NCBI GenBank assembly: GCA_951406725.2
Contig: OX597819.1
Location: 11,718,001 to 11,782,000, forward strand
DNA from: Octopus vulgaris
Taxonomy: Eukaryota
Length of the DNA stretch: 64,000 nt
Direction of reading: 5' to 3'
Position 1 is the stretch's first letter. Each line of letters starts with the position of its first letter. The notes under the pieces are model-generated. The model was not told the DNA's origin. It ran no database searches and saw only the letters and a list, made by a program, of their open reading frames with translations. The translations under genes were made by a program, and so were the position numbers. Shown piece by piece: positions 26,939-41,787 of the stretch.

Positions 26939-28249
26939 GTGCACGTGCGTGTGTGTGTACATATATGTTTCTTTATTGCCCACAAGGGGCTAAATATAGA
27001 GGGGACAAACAAGGACAGACAAACGGATTAAGTCGATTATATCGACCCCAGTGCGTAACTGGAACTTAATTTATCGACCCCGAAAGGATGAAAGGCAAAG
27101 TCGACCTCGGCGGAGTTTGAACTCAGAACGTAACGGCAGGCGAATTACGGATACGCATTTCGCCCGGCGTGCTAACGTCTCAGCCAGCTCGCCGCCTTTT
27201 AATGTGTGTACATATATGCTGGCGTGGTACTGTGGTAAAAAGACTGCTTACCAACCACATGGTTCCGGGTTCAGTCCCACTGCGTGGCAGCTTAGGCAAG
27301 TGTTTTCTACTATAGCCTCGGGCCGACCAAAGCCTTGTGAGTGGATTTGGTAGACGGAAACTGAAAGAAGCCCGTCGTATGTATATGTATATATATATAT
27401 ATGTGTATGTGCGTGTGTGTCCCTGTTTGTCCCCCACCATCGTTTGACGACCGATGCTGATGTGTTTACGTCCCCGTAACCAAGCGGTTCGGTAGAAGAG
27501 AACGATGGAATAAGTATTAGCCTTACAAAGAATAAGTCCTGGGGTCGATTTTCTCGACTAAAGGCGGTGCTCCAGCATGGCCGCAGTCAAATGACTGAAA
27601 CGAATAAAAGAATAAAAGAATAATATAAATATGATTATAGAAGGGCACTAACGAGTAGTGCTACATGCTAGAAATAGACGCCAAATGGTTCTAAGAACTA
27701 CATTATTTACACAATTTGTTCATTTCCCTCGCTTTCAGCCCGTGCCAGAAGTATTTTTTGACTTCTATTTCTAGCGATGTAGGTATTCATGTAGTGCCCT
27801 TGTGTATATATGTACATATCTAGTATTGCATGTTTATGTGTGTGTATGTGTGTGTATACACGCGCGCACACACGCACTTTTGTCGGAGTGACCTTTCATT
27901 GAATAATCTTCCAACAGGATGTCCATTGAAGAATTGGAAACGGGATCTTTCTGTTCAATGAGCACTTTTCTTTCACGAGTCATGGTCCTCAACTTTCAAT
28001 GTGTTTGACTTTTTTTTCTATTTTACTTTGTGTTTTACTAATTACTTTTTTCGTGGAAATGGAGGAATTTTAGATTAATCATTTTTTTTTTTAAGTGGAG
28101 TCGGCAAAAGTAAATAAAATTTGACCGCTTATCGAAAGTATCGCCCCTCGACCATTCCAATGAAAGTATCGCCCCTCGACCGTTCCAATAAACGTAAGAA
28201 ACTGCCATTCTGGAAAAAGAAATAATGATTAAGTTTCGAGTGTAAGGTC

Positions 28250-29160
28250 GGAATTTGGGGTTGCAGTTGGGATTTAGGGTTCGGGTTTAGAGTTGAGGGC
28301 TAAGATTAGAGTTTAGGCAGCAGCGTAGCTAGGGTAGTGAGGGAACACTGTGACCCGGGCGACGCTTCTATGTGGGAGGCAATTTTGTGTCTTCTGTATA
28401 AGCATGCATTGGCTGATATGCTGGGGTTGTTAGTGAGGGTGCGACAAAGGGATGCCCCGGGTGACACACTTTAGCCATGCCATTGGGTTTGCATTAGGTT
28501 TAGCGTTAGAATTAAGGGTTAAGGTTTACTCCCACTCTTTCTTTCTCACACCCTCACTATCTCTCACTCTCTCTCTCTCACTCTCTCTTACTTACTCACT
28601 CTCTCTCCCCCTCACTTACTTACTCTCTCTCTCTCTCTCTCCCTCTCTCATTGTCTCCCTCCGACTGGGGTAACCATGTATTTTCTCTACAGCAGGACGC
28701 TTATTTCTGTCCCTCTATTTCATACTCTACCTTCGCATGCCCTGGCACAAAGCCACCTTCTTCAATACTACCCCACCTTCTCAAAGGACCTCCGTCTTGC
28801 AAATTACTTGGTGACCTCACCAGTATTGGTGCAACATAAAAAGCACCTCTCCACTCTGTAAAGGTGTTGGCGTTAAGAAGAGCATCCGGCCTTAAAGACC
28901 ATGTCAAATCAGACAGTGGGGCTTGGTGCAGTCCTCTGGTTAACCAGCCAACCCATGCCAGTATGAAAGATGGACGTCAGATGACGATGACGATGATCTT
29001 AGGACATAGTGTTAGAGTTGAAGCTGGGGTTAAGGGTTTTAGGTTAGGAGTTAACAATTAGAGTTGAAAGTTTAGCGTTTAGCATTCAGCGTTTAGGATT
29101 TAGTGTCAGGATTTCGGATTAAGAGTTTAGGTCAGTGTTTAGGATTAGAGCTAGAGGTAA
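28250..29160 (+). repeat. Degenerate (TTAGGG)-like tracts split by insertions
   Basis: tttagggttcgggtttagagttgaggg (28250-28317), ttaggtttagcgttag (28490-28525), gttaagggttttaggttagg (29010-29160). Confidence 0.45.
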
Positions 29161-29329
29161 GAAGAGAGGGAGTGGATTTAAATAATTGAATTGGGAATAT
29201 TTTGAACTCTTCAGAATTGTAATGTCCGATGTTTAAAATTCAGACATCCAAAGAAATTTTCTAAAACCAAAATTAAAATATATCAAAAAACTAGCAGGGT
29301 TGTCCTTATTGTGGAATATGGGCTTATAG

Positions 29330-29753
29330 CAGACACGTGCCGTCAGTAATTACCCAGGGTAAGCGGTTGGCACCCTTTATATAGTTAAGCACAAAAAAAT
29401 AAGCGAAACACAGGCACGTGACTGAGTTGAAGGCAGATTTTGAAGGCAGATTTACTTCTGCTTTTATAGCACGTAGAGAAAACGGTGTTGTAGGAGTGTA
29501 CGCAACACGTGTACTACAGCAAAACTATGTGTAGCTTAAATATTGATATTGAAACGCAGGGGCAAATGATGTCTACCTAATCTACAAAAAAATAAAATAA
29601 AATATTTTCCATTTTATGCATAGTAATCAGAGTAACCTTCATAATTTTATTGAATTAGGTGCATATTTTGCCATGAGAGGAAAATGTTGGTATTGATCTA
29701 TTTTATTCAAGGTAGGCAGTGCCTACCTTGCCTACCTAGGCAGCACGTCCCTG
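29330..29753. mobile_element. Possible hAT-like MITE
   Basis: cagacacgtgccg ... cagcacgtccctg imperfect TIRs; subterminal palindrome aaggtaggcagtgcctacctt. Confidence 0.4.
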
Positions 29754-30109
29754 GTATGTATAAGTATATATACATATAAGCGTATATTTATACGTGTATA
29801 TTTATACATGTACGTCCCTGGTTCGCATTAAGATATCGCTATAAACCGAACTCAATTGTCAGGATCGCTTTTCAATGGGTTCTGCAAGATAAAAGAAGAC
29901 GCAGTCGACCAAAGGAAATGTGGCGGAGAATAATAAGAAAAGAACTTAAAAACAGAGGGTTAACAATAGAACAGGCTGTTGAGGACCCTTTCAGTGTTAG
30001 AAGGTAGAAGGATCATGCTGTCACCTCAAGTGCCACAAGGCACAATGAGAACCGAATGAATGAGATAAAGTATTCATAAAATGGTTCTAAGAAAAGTAAT
30101 CATAAATAT

Positions 30110-30260
30110 GTTTATTTCTTCTGTCTCCTGTTCCTGAAGAAGAGCTTTGCTCGAAACGTAAAACGCCCCTTCTTTCCTTCCTTGAGCGTCTTATTAATAC
30201 TTTACATGTATCACGTCCTCGCATTGTTGATTTTTCTTGTGCTTTTCTCCGTTTATATGT
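30110..30260 (+). mobile_element. Diverged H2 element with canonical CUGAAGA core
   Basis: CTGAAGA-A-GAGC-ttt-GCTC-GAAACGT...GCG-TC (30134-30190). Confidence 0.6.
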
Positions 30261-30289
30261 ACTTATATGTACTTACTTACATCTATACG

Positions 30290-30862
<573 letters not shown>

Positions 30863-31171
30863 CACAAAATGGGACAAGAATTCAAAACATCCAAATAGAC
30901 GATACAAAAAACACGGACGGGTCATTCGAAGCCTTTAATCTTCAGTCAAGAACCGGATCATCCTCGCAATTTCGGCTGATTATATATATATGGTCACAGG
31001 ACGTCACGAAAAGTGTACAACAAAAACTACGAAGTACGAGTACATGGAATATAAACTATTTTTTTCGAACAACGAAAGACACAAATGGAAAACACGACAA
31101 ATAACATAAAGAACCACCCTTCATCAGTTGTTGGCTGTTTTTCTACTCTCGTATTTCGAGCATTTAACAAC

Positions 31172-31220
<49 letters not shown>

Positions 31221-31239
31221 CATATATATATATATATGA

Positions 31240-31769
<530 letters not shown>

Positions 31770-31792
31770 TATATATATATATATATATATAT

Positions 31793-32120
31793 TGTTATAG
31801 TTCGGGATGGTTATGTTTTTTCTTGCCAAATAAGCACACGCACTGTATATTAGTTCTTCACTCATTCATTGTTGTTATTTCCTCTTTTGTCCATTGTCAG
31901 GAAATCTCTCGTCGCATTCAGAGAACTGACTAAACAGAACAGTGGGGATACACGCACGTGGATGGAAGAGTCGCTGAAGACGTCACAGATGTGTGGCAAA
32001 AGATTTTACAGACAATGGACATGAGATAAAATAAGAACAATAATAAGCGAGTGAAGAACGAATATACAGTTCTTTGTGTTTATTTGGCTAGAATAAAAAT
32101 GACCGTCCCGAAATATAACA
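31793..32120. mobile_element. MITE with TGT...ACA ends, ~70-bp TIRs and ATAT TSD (Ginger-like)
   Basis: tgttatagttcgggatggt..gccaaataagcaca..actgtatatt.gttcttcactc is mirrored at 32050-32120. Confidence 0.65.
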
Positions 32121-32365
32121 ATATCTCTCTTTTCGACACACGATTTAACATCAGGAATCTTGCAAAACACATGTATGTAAATACATAATTTAATTTTCCT
32201 TGAATCATTATCTGTATGTATATAATATGCATATATACGTACATACATGCATGCATGTATACATACTTATGTATGTGTATCTCCAGCTGTTTATTACGAC
32301 ATAGAAATAGTTTAATACGCATTTAATACGTGATATACATGGCTGTGCTGTGTCACTATATTTAT

Positions 32366-32406
<41 letters not shown>

Positions 32407-32527
32407 ATGTCCTGCATACTCCAGTGAAACAGCAATTTATGAAATAAGAAGACAAAGAGAGTGACACACAGACAGAGAGAAATAGAGAAACAAAGAGAGA
32501 GAATACAATGAAAACAATGGGAAGGAA

Positions 32528-32596
<69 letters not shown>

Positions 32597-32699
32597 TGTG
32601 TGAGTGTGTGTGTGTGTGTTTGTTAGTGTGTGTGTGAGTGTGTGTGTGAGTGTGTGTGTGAGTGTGTGTGTGTGTGAGTGTGTGTGTGTGAGTGTGTGT

Positions 32700-32750
<51 letters not shown>

Positions 32751-32849
32751 TGTGTGTGTGTGTGAGTGTGCGTGTGTGTGAGTGTGTGTGTGTGTTAGGG
32801 AATGACTCGGTTGCATGTCCTACGCTTTCACTAAATGTTTTAGGCACCC

Positions 32850-33087
32850 CCTAAACGGTCGAAAATAGCCATTGTCCATCACACCTTTGGCCCTTCCCAT
32901 TCGTATCGTGGGGGATTATCCGCGATACGTTACCACAGTATGAGCCCGGTTCTCGTTACGCTTGAGTTGACGGAAGCAGGGTGAAATGACACGGTTTATA
33001 CAAGGTGGTAACGCGCCATCCCGGTCGAGGAATCGAACCTAAGACCTTATAAACGCGAGGCCAACTTCCCTGATCACTTGGTCACAC
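32850..33087 (-). mobile_element. Old tRNA-headed SINE
   Basis: rc gtgaccaagtgatcaggg..aggttcgattcctcgaccgg. Confidence 0.45.
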
Positions 33088-33436
33088 ATAAATACGCATA
33101 CAATTTTATTCAAAATACGGTACTTTCAAATTTAGTGCTCACCACAGAATCAAATAATGTCTGTTTGTGTGTATGCGTGTGTGTGTGTGTGCGTGCGTGT
33201 GAGTTTATATGTGTTTGTGTGTGAGTATGTGAACGGTGTATGTATGTATGTATGTATGCATATGTATGTGTGTATGGTTGTTTGTGCAATCGTATGTGTA
33301 TGTATGTTTGGATGCATATGCTTTTTTATTTTTTAATCGGCAAAAATTTACAGAAGTGGGTCAAGGGCTGAAAATTTCGTGTGCGCACACATACACAGAA
33401 AAAGCGGAGGTACACTGGGTGCGCACAATAACAATA

Positions 33437-33517
33437 CTCTACATAATGGATTGAGTACTTTTTCTTCTGTGAAGAAACGGCGCACGCGTTTTCATATATA
33501 TATGTGTGTATGTATGC

Positions 33518-33555
<38 letters not shown>

Positions 33556-33630
33556 CTCGACCTTAAAACATTTTACATATGTATGTATGTCTGTATGTAT
33601 ATATGCATTTATATATATGTATATGAATGC

Positions 33631-33669
<39 letters not shown>

Positions 33670-33700
33670 TATATGTGTGTGTGTATGCATATATATGTAA

Positions 33701-33747
<47 letters not shown>

Positions 33748-34051
33748 ATATGTTACATCGCCTGATAGATCGCTAGCCACTTCACATTCTTTATTTTCTC
33801 TCCTTGTTTCTTTCTGTGTTCCTTTCTGTGGAAGAGCGTAGACTCGAAACGTTAAAACGTTAAAAATAACAAAAGACGAAGTCAGGTGGTGTAGACAACA
33901 AACAGATGTATTAGTTTAACGCTCGGGAAGTGAAAAAGTCTTTAAGGATTCGAGCCTAAGCTCTTCCACAGAAAAGAACGCAGAAAGAAACAAGGAGAGA
34001 AAATAAAGAATGTGAAGTGGCTAGCGATCTATCATGGCGATGTAACATATG

Positions 34052-34087
<36 letters not shown>

Positions 34088-34112
34088 TTACATATATATG
34101 CATACACATACA

Positions 34113-34155
<43 letters not shown>

Positions 34156-34171
34156 TTACATATATATGCAT

Positions 34172-34238
<67 letters not shown>

Positions 34239-34376
34239 CATGCATTCATATACATATATATAAATGCATACATACATACATACATACATAAGTATGTAAA
34301 AATGTTTTATGGTCGAGTTTTAGTATAAACAATTTTATATTGAATTGAAGAATTACTCAATACTATATTGTAGAGC
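33437..34376. mobile_element. About 0.9-kb foldback centred on two tail-to-tail H1 elements
   Basis: H1 (+) 33745-33858 is truncated just after GAAACGT; H1 (-) spans 33862-34052. Flanking microsatellite mosaic and unique sequence (aactcgacc.taaaacattttacata) are mirrored on both sides. Confidence 0.7.
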
Positions 34377-35148
34377 ATATATTTATCATACTTTTACAAG
34401 AGGGTGGCGGGGTGACTGTGACTTCGAAGTAATAGTCTGCAAGTCAATTTCTTAAGTAACTATGAGGTTGAGAAAAAGAGGGGACGATACGAGGACAGAC
34501 AAGACAAACATTTGGGGTCAGGGTATCGAATGAGACGAAACGTATGAATAAACAAACAATTAAAATATATACAATTAAATGAGAAGGTCGTCAGACTGTT
34601 CGACGAAACTTCGAAATCCCTGTCGCCGCTATTCTTGTTTAAGTATTATATATATATATATATATACATACACACACACACACACATATATATACTCTTA
34701 CTCTTTTACTCTTTTACTCTTGTACTTGTTTCAGTCATTTGACTGCGGCCATGCTGGAGCACCGCCTTTAATCGATCAACTCGACCCCGGGACTTATTCT
34801 TTTGTAAGCCCAGTACTTATTCTATCGGTCTCTTTTGCCGAACCGCAAAGTGACGGGGACGTAAACACACCAGCATCGGTTGTCAAGCAATGCTAGGGGG
34901 ACAAACACAGACACACAAACATACACACACACACATATATATATACATACATATATACGACGGGCTTCTTTCAGTTTCCGTCTACCAAATCCACTCACAA
35001 GGCTTTGGTTGGCCCGAGGCTATAGTAGAAGACACTTGCCCAAGGTGCCACACAGTGGGACTGAACTCGGAACCATGTGGTTGGTAAGCAAGCTACTTAC
35101 CACACAGCCACTCCTGCGCTATATATATCCTATATATATCCACTCTAT

Positions 35149-35229
<81 letters not shown>

Positions 35230-36126
35230 ATTTAATAAATATTTAGTAATTTAATAAATAAAACATATGCATACATGCATATATGTACATACCTATATCT
35301 ATATGTATATATACATGCATATATGGGTACAGGACACCACAAATAAACGTAGAACACAACGAGAAACGAAAATATAAAAACAAAACATGGAAACGGACTT
35401 TTTTCAAACAACGAAAAAACAGAGTACAAGACATACAACACAAGGAACAGTCCCCTTCTTCAGCTGCCCCTATTTCGACTTATTGCATGTTTCGAAGGTA
35501 AGCGCATGTATGTATATATGTATATATTCATAGACACGGGCTTGGCTGGGTGGTAAGAAGCTTGCTTCGCAACCGCATGGTTCTGGGTTCAGTCCCACTG
35601 CATGACACCTAGGGCAAGTGTCTTCTACTATAGCCTTGGGACGACCAAAGCTCTGTGAGTGGACTTGGTAGACGGAAACTGAAAGAAGCCCGTCGTATAT
35701 ATATATGTATATATATATATGTTTGTGTGTCTGTGTTTGTCCACCCACCACCACCACCACCATCGCTTGACAATCGATGTTGGTGTATTCACGTCCCCCG
35801 TAAATTAACGGTTCAGCAAAAAGAGGCCGAAAGAATAAGTCCTGGGGTCGATTTCTTTGACTAAACGCGGTGCTCCAGCATGGCCCTAGTCAAATGACTG
35901 AAAGAAGTAGAAGAATATATATTTATATACATACGTACTCACACGGACGCGCGCACAAACACACACACACACACACACACACACATCGGCTCTAGTTCTT
36001 GGCTTGGTACTTATATTTTATCCGCCCTGGAAATAAAAGGGAAACTTTGCTTAAGCGGGATTCGAACGCAGAACTTGACTAGTCACTTTGTGCAGTAATA
36101 ACGATTCAGCTAATCCGTGTGCATGC

Positions 36127-36198
<72 letters not shown>

Positions 36199-37169
36199 AT
36201 CACAAGTGTATATATAAGATCAATGAATTCGGAGTTTAGAAAAGAGAAAAAGAATTACGTGCGTTTGTGTGTGCGAGAGAGAGAGAGAGAGAAGAAAAGA
36301 GGAAAGAGGAGAGAGAGAAAGTGTGTGTGTGTGGGTGTGCGTGTGTGTGTGTGTGTGTGTGGGTGTGTGTGTGTGTGTGTGTTATGGTGTAAGATCCCTG
36401 AAGGCGGGTTTAAATGATAGAAAGAAAAAAAGAGAGAAAGAATGGAGAATGTTATAAAGGCAAAGCAGAGCGCGATCGGTGGTAGTAGTAAGAGTAGTAG
36501 ATTGAGGGAAGAAAACGTGAAGCTATAAGAGTGTAACAGAGATAAGGGAGTAGGAGTATAATAAAGAAGTAGAAAGAGTAGGAGTCGATGTAAAAAAAAA
36601 AAAAAAATAGAAAGAGTAAAACGAGGCAGAGGGGGGCGTGGTGGTCGTGGTATGAGTAAAGTTGAGTAAGAGGGAGGTGGAGGGAAGAAAGAGATTCGTT
36701 TGTTCAGTTATGCCATGAAAAAGACAGACGAAGCCACATGTATGTGTGGCCGAAAGTTTGGCTGTAAACGATGACAGGTTGGTCACTTTGGATTATAATC
36801 TAAACACTATTACACACATACATATACACACATGCACGTCAGCGGACACACACACTCTATCCTATATATATATATATAGATAGATATCGCATGCAAATTA
36901 TATAGATTATACTTGTGGAGTTTAACAGATCCTGAAGGTGTAATATTTTGAATTAACATCGGAGAAAATCGTCATTACTGATCGCATCGCGCGGGGACAC
37001 ACCTATGATCGGAGGTATTCCAGCTTTGACCATCACATCTTTATTACAAATCTGGGGACCGCAGTGCCTTCTTGTTGTTTGTTTGTAGTGGGGTGCATGT
37101 ATTTAGAGGAATTAATTTAGTTAATCTTTGTGTCACACGTGTGTGTGTGTGTGTGTGTGTAAATATATG

Positions 37170-37251
<82 letters not shown>

Positions 37252-37361
37252 TGTGTGTATGTATAAAGAGTAAAAAGTTGCACAGAAGGACGGCAAAAGA
37301 AGACAAAACATTATATGCATACAGATACATACATAGGCATACACACACACAGATATATATA

Positions 37362-37489
37362 CAGGGTGTCCCCCAAAAATGTATACACACCTTAAATAAT
37401 TGTAAATTTGTTATTCTTTGTAAGCCTAGTACTTATTCTATCGTTCACTTTTGCCGAACCACTATGTGTATACATTATTTTGGGACACC

Positions 37490-37492
<3 letters not shown>
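37362..37492. mobile_element. 131-bp Tc1-type MITE containing a SINE fragment
   Basis: TA|CAGGGTGTCCC..ATGTATACACA ... TGTGTATACAT..GGGACACCCTG|TA; 37411-37460 matches SINE family 2. Confidence 0.8.
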
Positions 37493-37534
<42 letters not shown>

Positions 37535-40149
37535 TACTTGCATACCTACATACATCATACATACATACATACATTCATATACACATACATACACGCATAA
37601 ATACATGCATGTATGTATGTATGTATGTATATATGTATCATACACATATAGTATAGTTTCATGTGTACGACTGCAAAAATTGCATGTATAAAAAAGTTAG
37701 CCTTTACCTTTTAAAGATGTGTAGATATCTGGCTCACGTATTTGTCCACTTTACCTGCCACAGTGATATATATATATATGTGTGTGTATGAATGTGTGTG
37801 TATATACATACATACATACATACATACATACATACATACATACATCATACATACATACATACATACATACATACATACATACATACATACATACATACAC
37901 ATTCATTGAGCGCCTTGCGCGCGTAAGAGCAAATATACTTTTTCTCGTCTTGTTTATACAATTCAATTATCGTTTTGATTACGATGAGTGAGTGAGTGTA
38001 TACCTGTATGTATTTGTTTACCTTAATCTGGTGGGTGCATATATATATATATATGTATGTGTGTGTTTTTGTATGTGTTTGTGTGTGTGTTTGTCCGTCC
38101 GTTCTGGTCTTTTTGTAAAGTTTTTTTTTTTTTTAATTACACTATTTGTGTGTTTAAAGTTATAAAATTGTACGATAGGTGGGTAAGAATGAAGCCGAGT
38201 GAGGATGGTGTTTTAGAAATTCCCATGTGATGTTGTGACGTTCATGTTTTAACCAACCTTACGAACTGGAATCGAAAGCTTTGCTAAATTGTCATTTCCA
38301 GAGATGTTTTTGTATGTGTGTGTGTGTGAGAGAGACTATGAGTGCGTGTGTGTTACTCTACTGCGTGGTTTTAACCAAATGTGCGTGTGTGCATGTGTAA
38401 TTTATTTAGCCTCAGGTCAGCACTGAGTTGACCTATGAGTAAACGTTCTCTAACCGTGACCATCACGACCTTTTCTTGGGCATTGCTTATCTAGAACTGC
38501 ATTTTTATTTTTGTTTTATTTTTAAGACAAAGTGTAATTGGTGGAGGATTTGACTGCTATTTCTAGCAGATCGAGCAACTCCCGATGGTTCTTCGTTACC
38601 TCGCATCTTGATTCTATGTATAGGTTTCTTTGTGTGTATTTACTCTTGTGCATATTCTTGTGAGTACCTGTGTGAGTAACATACATGCACTGACTGTAGT
38701 TAAATACACACACACACACACACACACACACGTGTGTGCCTGTTTCCTCTGTGTCTATGCGCAAAAGAATGTGATTGCTTTCATGTGAATATGAATGATA
38801 TATTTGTGTATATAAATTATGCCTTTGTTGGTAACATACAATTTGTCTGATTATGTGTGTATGTATTTATGTGCGTGCGCGCATACACACACATACTCAT
38901 ATATAATACTTTTTTACACGAAGTGGACCGACAGTGACTTCGAAGTTTTCGGCCTGTTAGCCCCTCGTCTGACAGTACAACGAAGGCTAAAGGGCCGAAA
39001 ACTTCGAAGTCCCTGTTACAGCTATTCTTATAGAAAGTATAACAAATGTGGGTCTACCTACGCAAGTGGGCCTTCTCTTTGTTTCCTCATAACTTTCAGA
39101 GAAATGGATATTTTTTAATGGAATTTTCTACAAATACACATCAGTTGGTGTCGATTCCGATTATATTGGAATTTGTTGTGAAAAGCTTTTTCCAAAGATG
39201 GGAGAAGGTTTCGGAAAATTCACACGAGTCGGAATCGTTTCCTGATAACTTTCATAAAAATGGGCTTTTTTTTTTAATGAAGTTTTCTACAAATACTTTA
39301 CAGAATGAAAAGATTATATATATCATAGCATGTGATATGTGTCACTTTGTATGTGTACGAGACAGTATCTTTGCTTTTTGTCTTTTGTTTTGTTTTTTCT
39401 CCATATTAAATTCCGGTATATTCGTAATCTACACACTGAAAGGTATTTCTAGGAAATTTCATTTAAAAATACCCACTTTCATGAAAGATATGAAAAAAGT
39501 AGGAGGGGGGCACATTTGTGTAGGTCTGTCTAAATGTGTACGCTACCAATGTATATATTGAGTAATCTTTCACTTTACCCTGAAATTGTTTTCTATGTAA
39601 TTCGACATAAAAACAATGTGTGCGCATGGATGTGTGTGGGTGTAGACAGTTGCATTGATGGATAAAATATATTATATATTTGATATATAAATACATGTGT
39701 TGGTATATAGCTTGATTGACGTGAATGTGTGTATAAATATAACACTTCTGAAAACACGTGTTGATATTTGTGGGTGTTATGTGTGTAGAAATCATTTGTG
39801 AAAAAATGTGACTATAAACGGTGTTACGGACGGAATTGCTTTGAATGAGTCACTCTGCATGTGTGGCCATAAGCGGAGTGCAACTGTTTCTATTGTTGAC
39901 AAGTTGTTTTTAAAGACCTTTCGTGGTGAGAGCTATCCATCAATGGGTGGTTGAGATAGTCAAATGAGGGGAGGGTCTACCCAAAAATATAATCAAGTGC
40001 TTGGTGCGTGTGTTTGAACAGATGGTGTGCTGTGATCTGCTTGAGGAAATACAAGAAAACATCCTTTCGGCCAAATATGTGTACATATATATGTATAACT
40101 TTAAAGAGATCTGTTGTGTAAGACCGGAACATTGTGTGTGAGAGAGAGA

Positions 40150-40201
40150 GAGCACAGGTCTCGTAAGCCAGCAGTCGTGAGTTCGAATCCCGTTGGGGGC
40201 A
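40150..40201 (+). pseudogene. tRNA-like 3' fragment (Thr-CGT-like anticodon arm plus T arm)
   Basis: ggtctcgtaagcc..gtcgtgagttcgaatccc; 5' half absent (replaced by (GA)n). Confidence 0.4.
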
Positions 40202-40902
40202 GTGGTTGTATAATTGTATTGTACACTCCAACTTTTAGGTGCAGGCGTGTCTGTATATAGTAAGAAGTTTGCTTCTCAACCACATCGTTCAGGGTTCAAA
40301 CCGCTGCGTGGTATCTAAGGAAAATGTCTTCTGCTATAGCCCTGGTCCGACCAAACCTTTGTGAGTGAAAGAAGTTCCATCGACCCATGTGTGTGTGTGT
40401 GTATGGATGTGTGTGTGTGTGTGTGTGTGCTTTCTCGACCTCCGCTTCACAACCGTTGTTAGTTTATTTACGTCCCCGTAAGCTACCGATTCGGCAAAAA
40501 AGAGACAGAATAAGAACCTGGCTTTTTAAAAAAAACATGAGTCCTGCGGCAATTTGTTCGACTAAACCCGTCAAGGCGGTGCTACAGCATGGCCACAGTC
40601 CACTGATTGAAACAAGTGAAAGATATAAACATAACAGAAAATAATATGTATATACACACAAATACATATATACACTCACAGACATACACTCACAATATAC
40701 TCTCTTTACTCTTTTACTTGTTTCAGTCAGTTGACTGCGGCCATGCTGGAGCACCGCCTTTAGTCGAGCAAATCGACCCCGGGACTTATTCTTTGTAAGC
40801 CCAGTACTTATTCTATCGGTCTCTTTTGCCGAACCGCTAAGTAAACATACCAGCATCGGTTGTCAAGCAATGCTAGGGGGACAAACACAGACACAAACAT
40901 AT

Positions 40903-40969
<67 letters not shown>

Positions 40970-41213
40970 ACAGGCTTCTTTCAGTTTCCGTCTACCAAAT
41001 CCACTCACAAGGCATTGGTCGGCCCGGGGCTATAGCAGAAGACACTTGCCCAAGATGCCACGCAGTGGGACTGAACCCGGAACCATGTGGTTGGTTAGCA
41101 AGCTACTTACCACACAGCCACTCCTGCGCCAATATGTAGAATTATATACATGAATGCACGCAATAAAGAAATAACATGAATGCACGCACCTGTACGTGGT
41201 GAACGCTGGGAGA

Positions 41214-41254
<41 letters not shown>

Positions 41255-41787
41255 GTATTGTCTGCATACAAATACACAGTTCTACACACATGCATATACA
41301 TATGCACTCACGTGTACTGTCGACTTGTGTCCCTCCCCCGCCCGTCATTCATCGCTTTCATTCATCAAAGCACGTGTTTTTGTGTTGAGCAACTTAATTG
41401 AGGACTTGAGGACTTTCTAGAAAACCTCTCCAAGTCGTGCGTGTGTGTGTGTAACTGACCGTCAGAGCCGTGGGGGTGGGGCTTCAAGGAGACGATGATG
41501 GATGCTAGCTGACCCAGGTAGATCCGGGGTGTTATTCAGTATGTGTGTGTGTGTATGTGTGCGTCTTTTGTCCGTTTCGGTCATTAAACTGCGGCCATGC
41601 TGGGGCACCACCTTGAAGGGTTTCAGTTGAACAAATCGATTTCAGAACTTGTTTCTTTAAGTCACCAGACTTACAGAGATAAAGACTTATTCTACCGGAG
41701 GCTTTTACCGAACCGCTAAGTTACGTGCACGTAAACAAACCAGCATCAGTTGTCAAGCAGTGGGGATGACAAGCAACACAGACACTG

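Noticed and set aside
28134-28190. Short tandem duplications (28 bp here; 25 bp at about 52820; about 22 bp at 51445)
   Set aside because: Ordinary local slippage duplications.
39046-39561. 171-aa ORF
   Set aside because: Lies in an AT-rich repeat with internal duplications (cataactttc..aaatgg..ttttctacaaatac); no domain recognised.
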